From positions 128,001-192,000 of the forward strand of contig JAKFBU010000027.1 of the NCBI GenBank assembly GCA_036676985.1: 64,000 nucleotides of DNA, written 5' to 3'. The notes under the pieces are model-generated. The model had not been told where the DNA came from, made no database searches, and saw only the letters and a list, made by a program, of their open reading frames with translations. The DNA comes from Candidatus Sericytochromatia bacterium. GTDB lineage: Bacteria > Cyanobacteriota > Sericytochromatia > S15B-MN24 > UBA4093. Below, piece after piece: positions 22,570-32,210 of the stretch (the first letter of the stretch is position 1; every line of letters begins with the position of its first letter). A program made the position numbers and the translations under genes.

Positions 22570-23673
22570 CTAGCGCAGGCCGAGGTGCTCGGACAGGGAC
22601 GGGTTGTGCTTCCGCTTCCAGACGTAGCCGTCCATGACGTAGTGGATGACGTTGTAGAAGACCACCAGGGCGATGGCGACGGTCGGTGGGGAGACGGCGA
22701 GCGTCAGGATGACGACCACGGAATAGAGGAAGGCCACGCCGAAGTAGCTCCAGACCCGGTTGTCCCGGGCGAGCCGGTCCAGGAAGGCGAGCGGACGGCC
22801 CGCGGCGGCGAAGGCACCGCTGCGCCCCCGGTGGAAGTTCCACACGAAGCCCCAGTACTGGAGGTCGTGGTAAGTGATGAAGATGGCGAGCGTCAGCAGG
22901 TAGTCCTTGGTCGGCACGAGGCCGAAGGCGACGCCGTAGGACACGGCCGCCGCCAGCGCGAGCGCCACGTGGCCCTGGGGAAAGGGCTTCTGCTCCTGGT
23001 GGCGCCGCAGCAGGACGTGGACGGTCTGCGCCAGGAAGACGCCCATGGCCGCGAGGTAGGGCAATAGCAGCCAGCTCGGCATCTGGGGCGTGAGCAGCGT
23101 GAAGGTCTGGATCCCGACCACCACCTCGATGGGCGGCATCTGCCAGACGTAGAAGACGGGCAGCGCGAAGGTCAGCGTGCACAGCCGGTGGAAGGGCAAG
23201 AGGTCCCGGAAGACGCTCGCATCCCCGTGCACCTGCGCGTACTTGGCGTCGTAGATCTTCAGAATGCCGAGGTGCTGCTTGAAGATGTGGTAGACGCCGT
23301 ACATGGTGACGGCCGTGAAGAACAGGTCCCAGCCGCCGAAGGCCTGCGTGAGCGGAACGGCCGCCATCATGGCGCCGGTGACGGCGAACGAGATGCCGAA
23401 CGTCTGCCAGGTATAGAGCCCGCGTGCGCTCTGAGGCAGCGTCACGGCCCAGGTCAGCCAGAGATGGGGGGTCGCGAAGCAGGCCACGTAGACGAGGTAG
23501 AGGGGCCAGACGCTCGCGGATCCGACCAGCCAGTAGATAGGGAGGTACAGGAGCAGCGGCACGGCCAGCGAGAGCACGAACCAGCCGAGATCCGTCCGAC
23601 GGCCGAAGATCCAGTAGCCCGAGGCGGAGTCCGGCGTGGTCGATGAGGCCTGCGTGAGTTGAAGGGTTGCCAT
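22570..23673 (-). CDS. His-motif polytopic membrane protein, putative membrane metalloenzyme
   Basis: PHLWLT, YHIFKQHLG, YHDLQY, HYVMDGYVWK at TM boundaries. Confidence 0.65.
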   Translation of the reverse strand: MATLQLTQASSTTPDSASGYWIFGRRTDLGWFVLSLAVPLLLYLPIYWLVGSASVWPLYLVYVACFATPHLWLTWAVTLPQSARGLYTWQTFGISFAVTGAMMAAVPLTQAFGGWDLFFTAVTMYGVYHIFKQHLGILKIYDAKYAQVHGDASVFRDLLPFHRLCTLTFALPVFYVWQMPPIEVVVGIQTFTLLTPQMPSWLLLPYLAAMGVFLAQTVHVLLRRHQEQKPFPQGHVALALAAAVSYGVAFGLVPTKDYLLTLAIFITYHDLQYWGFVWNFHRGRSGAFAAAGRPLAFLDRLARDNRVWSYFGVAFLYSVVVILTLAVSPPTVAIALVVFYNVIHYVMDGYVWKRKHNPSLSEHLGLR

Positions 23674-23808
23674 CTCGTACTCCCTGGGGTCGACGCCTCT
23701 CCCTTTTTACCCGGATGGCGCGCGCTCCCCTCGGCGGGTTGCGCGCGGGTCCGAAGCGGGTATGAAACCACGGAAACGCCCCTTCTGCACCACCGAGGCT
23801 ATGTCACG

Positions 23809-24843
23809 ATGCGCCACACCTCCGGCACCCTGCATGAAAACTGGTACGCTGCCTGCACGTCCGCCGAGCTCGGCAAGGACAAGCCGCTCGGACGCACGAT
23901 TATGAACGAGATGATCGCGGTCTACCGCGACCAGGACGGTAAGCCCGTGGCGCTCCTCGACCGTTGCCTGCACCGCAATGCCCTGTTGTCCGAGGGAGAC
24001 GTGTTCGACGGCTGCATCGGCTGCCCCTATCACGGCTGGACCTACAACTCCCAGGGCCAGTGCGTGAACATTCCCTCGGAGGGTCCCGAGACCTTCGTCC
24101 GCGAGGACAAGACCGTCGAGCGCTTCGCGACCATGGAGCGCGACGGCCTGGTCTGGGTCTACATGGGGGATCCAGACGACATCAAGAACGAGCCCTTCCG
24201 CATGCCCTTCTACAAGGGCGATGGCTGGGACTCGTACTACATGATCACGCCCTTCAAGAACAACGTGACGAACCTGGCCGAGAACTTCATGGACGTACCG
24301 CACACGGTCTTCGTGCACTCCAAGTGGTTCCGCAACCAGAAGCGGCAAAACGGCGAGGCCATGTGCCGCCGCACCGACTCCATGGTCGAGATCGAGTATC
24401 TGCACAAGGACGACATCGGCTTCGCGGACTGGGCCCTCAACCCGGATCGGCTGCCCATGACCCACTTCGACCGGTTCTACATGCCGAACGTCACCCGCGT
24501 GGACTACAGCTGGGGGAGCGAGCGCCACTTCGTCATCTCCTCGCAGATCACCCCCGTCTCCGAGTACGAGTCGATGGTCTACACGGCGATCGCCTTCCGC
24601 TTCGGAGCCCTCACCAAGCTCCTGAAGCCCTTCTTCCAGTGGTACACCCGTCAGGTCATCCAGCAGGACGTGGTGATCATGGACATCCAGTCCCGCGGGC
24701 TCAAGCACTACGGCCCCAAGTTCATGTCCACCGAGGCGGACGTGGTCCACGAGTACATCGAGTCCCTGCGCGAGCACGCGGAAAGGGGCGGCGTGGGCGA
24801 GAAGCCCGCGCCCGAGGAGCGCAAGATCAGCTTCTGGATCTGA
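23809..24843 (+). CDS. Rieske non-heme iron oxygenase (VanA/KshA-like), intact
   Basis: DRCLHR...CPYHGW; ENFMDVPHTVFVH; QQDVVI. Confidence 0.92.
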   Translation: MRHTSGTLHENWYAACTSAELGKDKPLGRTIMNEMIAVYRDQDGKPVALLDRCLHRNALLSEGDVFDGCIGCPYHGWTYNSQGQCVNIPSEGPETFVREDKTVERFATMERDGLVWVYMGDPDDIKNEPFRMPFYKGDGWDSYYMITPFKNNVTNLAENFMDVPHTVFVHSKWFRNQKRQNGEAMCRRTDSMVEIEYLHKDDIGFADWALNPDRLPMTHFDRFYMPNVTRVDYSWGSERHFVISSQITPVSEYESMVYTAIAFRFGALTKLLKPFFQWYTRQVIQQDVVIMDIQSRGLKHYGPKFMSTEADVVHEYIESLREHAERGGVGEKPAPEERKISFWI

Positions 24844-24902
24844 TCCCCTGTTCCGGATCGGGGTAGAATAGCGACACAGGCAAGCGAACGGGAGGCTGCA
24901 AC

Positions 24903-25982
24903 GTGAAGATTGCCGAATATCGCCGCGTGACGGATCCGCTGGTCCGGCCGGAGTCGTTCGAGAGCAACTGGCCGCTCTTCGTCCACACGATCGCCCACTT
25001 CGCCTTCATCACGGGCGCGAGCGTCGTGGTCGCGCGCAACCTCGGCCACTGGCCCCTCTGGCAGGTGCTCGCCGTCGCCGTCCTAACGGGCCACAGCGTG
25101 GCGTGCCTGGGCTTCTTGTCCCACGAGCTGGGCCACGGCGTGGCCACCCGGAGCAAGGTCGCGACCTACCTGTGGGAGACCTTCGCGTGGATCTACTCGC
25201 TCACCATCTGCGCGAGCATCCACCGCAAGGCGCACTTCATGCACCATGCGTACCTGAACAGCCCCAAAGATCCCAACGGCCGCCCCACCTTCGAGGAGAT
25301 CCAGACGGACCCCGGCAAGGTCGTGAGCGAGTGGCTCTTCCCCAACAGCAAGCATCCGCGGGCGAGCGCCTTTCTCGGCCTCTGGCTCGTCAACCTCGTC
25401 TACCAGCTGAAGCTGCTGTTCAACTCGCTCCTCCAGACCCGCGGCCGCTTCGACATGCGCATCCCGCGCTGGCAGGCCTGGATGGGCGTGGCCGAGACCT
25501 TCGTCCTCAACCTGGGCGTCTACCTCGCCTTGTGGGCGCTGGGCGGCTTCCGCTGGGAGATGGCCGTCTACCTCTTGGTCATGAACTACGTGGGGACCAC
25601 CCTCGGTCTGGCCTACATCTGCACCAACCACTTGCTGAACCCGGCCCTCGAGGACCACGTGGACCCGCTCGCCCTGAGCCTGACGATCCGGGTGCCGGCC
25701 TGGGCGGACTTCTTCCACGTGCGGTTCTCGCACCACAACGAGCATCACCTCTACCCCAAGGCGGGCCCCGCGAACTACCCGCGGATCCGCCGGGCCCTCA
25801 AGGAGCACTTCGGCGATCGCTACAACGAGCTCACCTTCGTCGAGGCCTACCGCGAGATCCTGAGGAGCCCCATCGCGCACCTGGATCCCCAGACGCTCGT
25901 CGACATCGATGGCCAGGGCAGTCGCCGCGTCACCTTCCCCGCCCCCGAGGCCCGCGTCGAGACGGCCATCTCGGCCTCCTGA
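24903..25982 (+). CDS. Membrane fatty-acid desaturase family protein
   Basis: Three His boxes: HELGH, HRKAHFMHH, HHNEHH. Confidence 0.9.
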   Translation: MKIAEYRRVTDPLVRPESFESNWPLFVHTIAHFAFITGASVVVARNLGHWPLWQVLAVAVLTGHSVACLGFLSHELGHGVATRSKVATYLWETFAWIYSLTICASIHRKAHFMHHAYLNSPKDPNGRPTFEEIQTDPGKVVSEWLFPNSKHPRASAFLGLWLVNLVYQLKLLFNSLLQTRGRFDMRIPRWQAWMGVAETFVLNLGVYLALWALGGFRWEMAVYLLVMNYVGTTLGLAYICTNHLLNPALEDHVDPLALSLTIRVPAWADFFHVRFSHHNEHHLYPKAGPANYPRIRRALKEHFGDRYNELTFVEAYREILRSPIAHLDPQTLVDIDGQGSRRVTFPAPEARVETAISAS

Positions 25983-25989
25983 CGACGCC

Positions 25990-28260
25990 TTGGACTCGCG
26001 CAGCTCCGGAGGCTTCTGGGCCCTCTGCTCGCGGCTCGGTGACTGGTCCGCCCGCCACTGGGGGCGGGTCTTCGTTGTCTGGGCCGTGCTGCTCGGCCTG
26101 GCCGTCGCGAGCTCATCCGCCTTCTCGGATCGGCTCAAGGGCGGCATCGGGAGCGTGCCCGGCTCCGACTCCGAGGCCGTGGAGCGGGCACTCGCCACGG
26201 AGTTCGACTCCCCCTTCGCCCAGTTTTTGCTGGTCGTCGTGCAGCGGTCGGGCGATCGCCCCGTCGAGCCCTCCCTGATTGGCACCCTGACCGGGCGCCT
26301 CGAGGGAACGCCCGGCGTCTCCCGCGTGATGCCCTGGCCCACGATCCCCGATCGACCGGCCATCCTCCTGGTGGGACTGGATGCCGGAAGCCTCGAGGAC
26401 GCGGAGCGCCTGGTCACCCCCTTGCGCCGGGTGGTGCGCGAGGTCGGGACCGCCCATCCCGAGGCCTCGCTGCTCGTCACGGGCCAGCCCGCCTTCGACG
26501 TGGACCTCGCGGCCCACAGCGCGGAGCAATCCTCTGCGGGCGAGCGCCGGGTGCTGCCCTTGACTCTGCTGGCCCTCCTGATCGCGTTCGGGGCCCTCGG
26601 GGCCGCGGCGGCACCGTTGCTGAGCGGAGCCGCCGCCGTGTTGCTTGCGCTCGGCGTCGTCTCCCTGATCGCAGCCCTTATGCCCCTCTCCCTCTATGCC
26701 GCCAACATCGCGACCATGCTGGGGCTGGGCCTGGGCATCGACTATGCGCTCTTCGTCGTGAGCCGCATCCGCGAAGAGGCGGACGCCGACGCCCAGGCGG
26801 GAGTGCGCCGGGCCATCCGGCATGCGGCCCCGGCCATCGTGGGCTCGGCGGGCACCGTCCTCATCGGGCTCATGGTGCTTGCGAGCGTGCCGGTCCAGGA
26901 CATGGTCGGCATCGGCATCGGCGGCGCGGCGGTGGCCCTGAGCTCTGCGCTCGCGGGCATCACCCTCCTGCCGGCCCTCGCCGCCTGCATGGGGCGGCGC
27001 CTGGATTCCCCACGCTGGCTCTCGAGGCGGCTCGGCACCCACCGCCACCGCGCCTGGTGGGAGGCCCGGGCCCGCTGGGTCGTCGCGCACCCCAAGCGAT
27101 CGGTGATACTCGCGACCGCCGGCCTCCTGGTGCTCGCCGCCCCCATCGCCCGACTGGACCTCGGCTTTCCGGAGGCCAGCACGTTCCCGTCGCGCATGGA
27201 GGCCATCCAGGGGCTGGAAGTCCTGGATGCCCAGGGGATGGGCGGGGCGAGCCGGCCGGTCGTCATGATGCTGACGCTGCCGGAGGGGCAGCATGTCCTT
27301 ACTCGGGAGGCGATCGCGGGACTGACCCGGCTGACGGCTCAGCTACGCGCGGACCCCAGGGTCCAGGACGTCCTCGCCCTCGCGGATCCCCAGCGGGGGG
27401 CTGCCGAACTGCTCATGGGCGCAGGCGTCCTGGGCCCCGAGCAGCTCCGGGCCCGCCTCCCCGAGGAGGGGCGCTGGCTCGTAAGTCGGGATGGACGCCG
27501 CACCTACCTCCAGGTCATCCTCCGGCAAGAGGTCTCCAACTACGCCGCCACCCGCTACAGCGAGGAGTTCGCGCGCCGGGACCTCGCCGCCATTCCGGGG
27601 CTCCAGGCGGCAAGCATCCAGATGGGCGGCATGCCGGGACTGCAGAGCGATCTGACGCTCGCGGCCCGGGACGCCATGCCGCGCATCCTGCTCCTGGTGG
27701 TCGCCGCCACCCTCCTGATGCTCTTCGCCATGACCCGCTCGTGGCTCATTCCCCTCAAGGCCGTGCTCGCGAACCTCGTGACGGTCGCAGCGGCCCTGGG
27801 CGTCACGGTCGCCCTCTTCCGATCCGAGTGGGGGTCGGCCCTGCTCGGCCTCGAGGCCCCCGTCGCCGCCATGGCCCCGGGCATCCCCATGGTCGTCTTC
27901 TGCGTGGTCTTCGGGCTGTCCATGGACTACGAGGTCTTCCTCATCTCGCGCATGCGCGAGGCCCACCTGGCAGGTGCTTCCAACGCCGAGGCCGTGGTGC
28001 GGGGCGTCGGTGCGAGCGGCAGCGTCATCACCAGCGCGGCTGTGATCATGGCCATCGTCTTCGGCGGCTTCGCGCTGACCGAGTTGCTGCCCATCCAGAT
28101 GCTTGGCGTTGCCCTCGCCGTCGGAGTGGTGCTCGATGCGACGGTGGTGAGGCTGTGGCTCGTGCCGGGGCTCATGGTGCTCGCCGGCCGCTACAACTGG
28201 ATGCCCGGCGATCGCCCGACCAACTCGCCGGCCTCTGCGCCCATGTCCCTGGATACTTGA
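25990..28260 (+). CDS. MMPL family (RND) lipid transporter
   Basis: GLGIDYALF..RIREE and GLSMDYEVFL..RMRE; two TM repeats; start uncertain (ATG 25909 or TTG 25990). Confidence 0.9.
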   Translation: MDSRSSGGFWALCSRLGDWSARHWGRVFVVWAVLLGLAVASSSAFSDRLKGGIGSVPGSDSEAVERALATEFDSPFAQFLLVVVQRSGDRPVEPSLIGTLTGRLEGTPGVSRVMPWPTIPDRPAILLVGLDAGSLEDAERLVTPLRRVVREVGTAHPEASLLVTGQPAFDVDLAAHSAEQSSAGERRVLPLTLLALLIAFGALGAAAAPLLSGAAAVLLALGVVSLIAALMPLSLYAANIATMLGLGLGIDYALFVVSRIREEADADAQAGVRRAIRHAAPAIVGSAGTVLIGLMVLASVPVQDMVGIGIGGAAVALSSALAGITLLPALAACMGRRLDSPRWLSRRLGTHRHRAWWEARARWVVAHPKRSVILATAGLLVLAAPIARLDLGFPEASTFPSRMEAIQGLEVLDAQGMGGASRPVVMMLTLPEGQHVLTREAIAGLTRLTAQLRADPRVQDVLALADPQRGAAELLMGAGVLGPEQLRARLPEEGRWLVSRDGRRTYLQVILRQEVSNYAATRYSEEFARRDLAAIPGLQAASIQMGGMPGLQSDLTLAARDAMPRILLLVVAATLLMLFAMTRSWLIPLKAVLANLVTVAAALGVTVALFRSEWGSALLGLEAPVAAMAPGIPMVVFCVVFGLSMDYEVFLISRMREAHLAGASNAEAVVRGVGASGSVITSAAVIMAIVFGGFALTELLPIQMLGVALAVGVVLDATVVRLWLVPGLMVLAGRYNWMPGDRPTNSPASAPMSLDT

Positions 28261-28363
28261 TCGATTTGCACAAGAAATGGTGGCAGCGCGGCTATTTTGA
28301 CGCTCGGTCGCTCCTGCGAGCATAGGGGCGATCGTTCCCCGATACGCAGCGAGGTACGTTGTC

Positions 28364-29008
28364 ATGATCCGAGGAAGGTTGCTTGCGATCGCCGGACTCT
28401 GCCTGGCGACCGCCCTGGTGGGCTGCCCCCGCTCCAAGCTGCCCTCGACGGCAGACCCCAAGGTCGCCGATAACTCCAACCAGTTCCCGCCGCCGCCCCC
28501 CTGGAAGGTCCCCCCCAACCAGGAGACGCGGCTCGCCATGGCGGGCTTGCCGACCGTCGCGAACGCCCACCAGCAGCCTTTCCACATCCATGCCGGCCTG
28601 CGGATCTTCTACAACGGCGAGCCTGTCCCCGTGCCGGCGAAGATCGGCCTCAATCGGTACGACGACCCCGTGAGCCCGGTGCACACCCACCGCGGCACCG
28701 GCGTCGTCCACGTGGAGTACGACGAACCGCGGGAGTTCACGCTCGGCCAGCTCTTCACGCTGTGGGGCGTTCCCCTCGGCAAGGCGACGGTCCTGGTCGA
28801 CGGACAGACTGCCCCGGACCCGGCCCGGGTGGTCTTCATCGACAAGCGTCAAATCGTCGTCCTGTTCGGGCCGCCGCCCGACGGCCCGATCGCCTGGCCG
28901 GAGCCCGAGGCTCCAGACGAGGGACCCGGCGATCATGGATCCCCGAGCCCGCAGTCCAGCCCGGTGGCTACGGCCAGCCCGGAAGCCACGGCCAGCGTGG
29001 CCCCATAA
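28364..29008 (+). CDS. His-motif lipoprotein of unknown function
   Basis: Lipobox LVGC; FHIHA, VHTH..G.VHVE, FTLGQLF..WG. Confidence 0.7.
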   Translation: MIRGRLLAIAGLCLATALVGCPRSKLPSTADPKVADNSNQFPPPPPWKVPPNQETRLAMAGLPTVANAHQQPFHIHAGLRIFYNGEPVPVPAKIGLNRYDDPVSPVHTHRGTGVVHVEYDEPREFTLGQLFTLWGVPLGKATVLVDGQTAPDPARVVFIDKRQIVVLFGPPPDGPIAWPEPEAPDEGPGDHGSPSPQSSPVATASPEATASVAP

Positions 29009-29062
29009 AGCCTACGTTCCCGGCCGTCCGGAGGGTCGGCCGGGACGAGGCGACGGCCGCGC

Positions 29063-29266
29063 CTACAGGTTGCAGGTCTGTTCCCCGGAGAGATCCGGGA
29101 CCGGCGTCTCCGCGGCCGACATGGGCGCGATCGGACCGCTGTCGACGATGGTCGCGGACTCCGGCGTGGGATTGGGACCGGTCACGTTGTGGTGGCCGAA
29201 GCACCCCGTGAGCGAGCCCGAGAGGGCAGCGACGGCCGCCAGGGCAAGGATGGGTCGACGTGGCAT
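29063..29266 (-). CDS. Small putative lipoprotein
   Basis: Lipobox LTGC; GGAGG RBS. Confidence 0.55.
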   Translation of the reverse strand: MPRRPILALAAVAALSGSLTGCFGHHNVTGPNPTPESATIVDSGPIAPMSAAETPVPDLSGEQTCNL

Positions 29267-29392
29267 GAGGAACCTCCGCTTCGGTAACGAACCGTTCAGA
29301 CAAGGGTCATGCTACGACCAAGGGAGGGTTCCCTCCTACGGCAAAACGGCCGAGGATTCAGGGAGGATCGCTCCGTCGGACGGGGAGAGCCG

Positions 29393-30508
29393 TCAGACCA
29401 GCGAGTGGTCGAAGTAGATCGGCCGGGCGTTGAAAGGATGCCCCCCCCAGCGCTGCAGGGGATCCATGACGAAGAACTCGATGTCCACGGCCTGGGTCAT
29501 GAAGCCGTCGAGAGCCTGGATGAGCGGATCGCGCACGTCGAGCATGGCGCTGATGAACAGGTAGCGCGGGGACTTGTGGTCGTTGTAGACGGCCACGAGG
29601 AGGGCCTCCAGGTCCCGGGCCTCCTCGGCACAGACCTGGGTGGCGTAGAAGTAGGGCATGGCCTGGCCCGCCTCGGGCATCCGTGCGAGCCCGAGCAGCC
29701 GGGACAGCGGGTTGTACCAGCGGCGCATGCGCGCCATCTCGGGAGCATAGCCCAGGACGACCATGCGCTTGAACGCCTCCTGGTCCCAGGTGGCGAGCAG
29801 CCCCACCAGCCTCCCGTCCCGGAACGCCAGGTAGTAGCGTTCGAGGCTAAGGCCGGGCGATCGCTCGAGCTGTTGCCGGAAGGAGGCCTCGCTCCAGACC
29901 GGGGCGAACTGCTTGCCCGACTGCACGCGGTTCCAGCAGGCGATCATCTGGGGGACGTCCGCTTCGGTCGCCCGGCGGACGGTGATGCCCCGCGGCGGTC
30001 GCTTGCGGAACAGGAACTGCACCGTGAAGTTGCGCAGGGTCGTAACGTGGTGGTAGGGCAGGAGCGAGCCCTTGCCCTGCAGGACGCCCGCCATGGCCGC
30101 GTTGTCCTTCATGATCGTCGTGACGCCGAGGTCCCACCCCCGGTTCACACCCCAGTCGGTCAGGAAGTCGTAGAGCCGTTTCACCTGGCGACCGCCGCGG
30201 CTTTCCGGGTGGACGCGCAAATCGCAGGCGTAGAAGACCTCGCGCGGCACCCCATCCACGTAGACCTCGGGAAAGGACGCGAGAGCCGCCGCAGCGCTCA
30301 GGCGCCCGGGCTGTCGGTCGTCGAGCACGCAGACATGGGCGCCGTCGCCTTGCAGGGCGCTGAGGGTGAAGAAGCTCGGGGCCCGGTCGAAGTACATGCG
30401 GACGCTGCCCGACATGGGGCAGGCGCGGACGAGGTCGACCAGCGCGGCATCGTCGTCGGGGCCGGCCCACCGGGGGCGCGCGAGGGATCGGGACGCGGCG
30501 TCGGTCAT
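29393..30508 (-). CDS. Tandem-GNAT acyltransferase, N-myristoyltransferase-like
   Basis: DLRVHPESRGG acyl-CoA loop; second GNAT half (VRRATEADVP..FAPVWS); ATGA overlap with the GH3 stop. Confidence 0.7.
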   Translation of the reverse strand: MTDAASRSLARPRWAGPDDDAALVDLVRACPMSGSVRMYFDRAPSFFTLSALQGDGAHVCVLDDRQPGRLSAAAALASFPEVYVDGVPREVFYACDLRVHPESRGGRQVKRLYDFLTDWGVNRGWDLGVTTIMKDNAAMAGVLQGKGSLLPYHHVTTLRNFTVQFLFRKRPPRGITVRRATEADVPQMIACWNRVQSGKQFAPVWSEASFRQQLERSPGLSLERYYLAFRDGRLVGLLATWDQEAFKRMVVLGYAPEMARMRRWYNPLSRLLGLARMPEAGQAMPYFYATQVCAEEARDLEALLVAVYNDHKSPRYLFISAMLDVRDPLIQALDGFMTQAVDIEFFVMDPLQRWGGHPFNARPIYFDHSLV

Positions 30509-32184
30509 GTCGTCTCCTGCAAGGCGGGAGGGGCCTGGAACCGTTCGGTCCAGCCGAAGGCGGCATGGAGGTAGGTGGGCTTGATATCGCCCGGGCGCTG
30601 CCCGAGTGCCTCGCAGCCTGCGTGGTAGCGCCCCACGGCCCCCGCGTCGACGCGCACCGGACGCAGAGCGCCCAGCTGCCCGAGGTCGCGGGCGTAGGCG
30701 TAATGGTGGCTTTCGCGCAGGCGCGCCTCCAGGTTCTGGGCCACAGCCAGGAGCTCGTCGTCCCGAAGGTCCGGGCAATCCAGGAAGAGGGCGTAGTAGG
30801 GCGGCTCGCCCCATTCTGGCGCCAGCATGGCGAAGCGGCAGTCCACCTGCAGGTCCGCGAGGATCTGCTCGATCAAGGCTCCGACTCGCAGCTCGTTGAG
30901 CTTCTCGCCGACCACGTCCGAGACCTTGCCGGTTTTGCCGACGAACTCGACGAGCGGAGTGGCCGCCACGCGCCCGACCACCCGGATGGCATCGTGCATG
31001 GCGTAGCGATACAGCCCGCCGCCGGTGGTCAGGAGGACGGAATAGCGATCGCCCACCGTGAGCTCATCCACCAAGAGGGGGCGGGCAGCGGGGGATCCGA
31101 GGGGGACGAACTCCAGCACGTGCGAGTCGACGGCAAGGACGGCGCCGGGATGGTCCAGGAGCGGAAAGGAGACGACGCCCTCGGTGGCGAGCAGCCCCTT
31201 GCCCTGAATTTCTACGCCCGGAAAGCGTCGCCGCAGCTCGGGCAGGAAGCGGGCGGCCACCCCACTCGTCCAGCAGCTCACGAGCTGGAGGTTCGGCCAT
31301 AGGTCGGTGCCGAGGACGGGCTCTCCTGCCTTCACGCGGGAGCTCAAGCGCCGGGCCAGGGCCGGCTGCGGGGTCAGTCCCCGCTCCAACGCCGCCTGAA
31401 GCCCTGCCTCCACGGGCGTTGGCGGGGTCAGGGTGCCGCGGGACAGGTCGTGGATCAAGCGATCCGCATGGCGATCGAAGGCCCCGAGCAAGAGCGTCAG
31501 GAAGCTAGGGTTCCAGACCGAGATGAAGCCCAGGCGATCGCCGTTCAGGAGATGCCGGAGCGTGACGTAGCGGTTCAGCTCCATGTCCGGCAGGTGCCGG
31601 ACCTCGGGTGGGACCATCATGAGCTGCTTGAGGACCCAGCGATCGACGGGACCGAAGTACTCGCTGTCGTCTTCGAAGCCGACTCGCAGCCCGCCGGGCG
31701 TGACCTCGCGCTGCCCGGAGCCGGACGAGATCGACCAGTAAGCGGCCAGTTCGCGCAGTCGGGGTCGCTGCTCCTGCAGATCCGCGAGCCAGACGGAGGT
31801 CGCCTGCTGGAACTCCCGCCGCAGGGAGGCCGTGAAGGGGATGTACTTGGAGGCGGCCGTCGAGCCCCCCGACTTTTCCATCATGAGGACGGGCTCGGCA
31901 GTGAGCACCCCATGCTCCCCCTGGCGGATGGCGTCGATCCAAGGCTGCAGCGCTTCGTAGTCCACGATCGGAACAGCAGCCTGGAAGTCTTCGAAGGACC
32001 GGATCCGGTCGAAGTGGTACTGGCGGCCATAGCGGGAGTCGGCGTTGGCCCGCAGCAGGACCTTCAAGAGGGCCGCTTGGCGATCGCGGGGGCGAGCGAG
32101 GGACGAGTGGAAGCGATGAGCGGCATGACGGCCGCTGAGGCGAACCAACTCGTTGGCAAGACGCATGCGGGAGGACAGGAACAT
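30505..32184 (-). CDS. GH3 family acyl-adenylate/amido synthetase
   Basis: KSGGSTAASKYIP P-loop, LLATEG, LLTTGGGLYRYAMHD, GEKL. Confidence 0.9.
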   Translation of the reverse strand: MFLSSRMRLANELVRLSGRHAAHRFHSSLARPRDRQAALLKVLLRANADSRYGRQYHFDRIRSFEDFQAAVPIVDYEALQPWIDAIRQGEHGVLTAEPVLMMEKSGGSTAASKYIPFTASLRREFQQATSVWLADLQEQRPRLRELAAYWSISSGSGQREVTPGGLRVGFEDDSEYFGPVDRWVLKQLMMVPPEVRHLPDMELNRYVTLRHLLNGDRLGFISVWNPSFLTLLLGAFDRHADRLIHDLSRGTLTPPTPVEAGLQAALERGLTPQPALARRLSSRVKAGEPVLGTDLWPNLQLVSCWTSGVAARFLPELRRRFPGVEIQGKGLLATEGVVSFPLLDHPGAVLAVDSHVLEFVPLGSPAARPLLVDELTVGDRYSVLLTTGGGLYRYAMHDAIRVVGRVAATPLVEFVGKTGKVSDVVGEKLNELRVGALIEQILADLQVDCRFAMLAPEWGEPPYYALFLDCPDLRDDELLAVAQNLEARLRESHHYAYARDLGQLGALRPVRVDAGAVGRYHAGCEALGQRPGDIKPTYLHAAFGWTERFQAPPALQETT

Positions 32185-32210
32185 GCTTCCTATTTACCCC
32201 GCGGGGGCTC

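Noticed and set aside
30509-30814. N-terminal extension of the GNAT ORF
   Set aside because: Overlaps GH3 in another frame; an RBS and ATGA coupling support the start at 30508.
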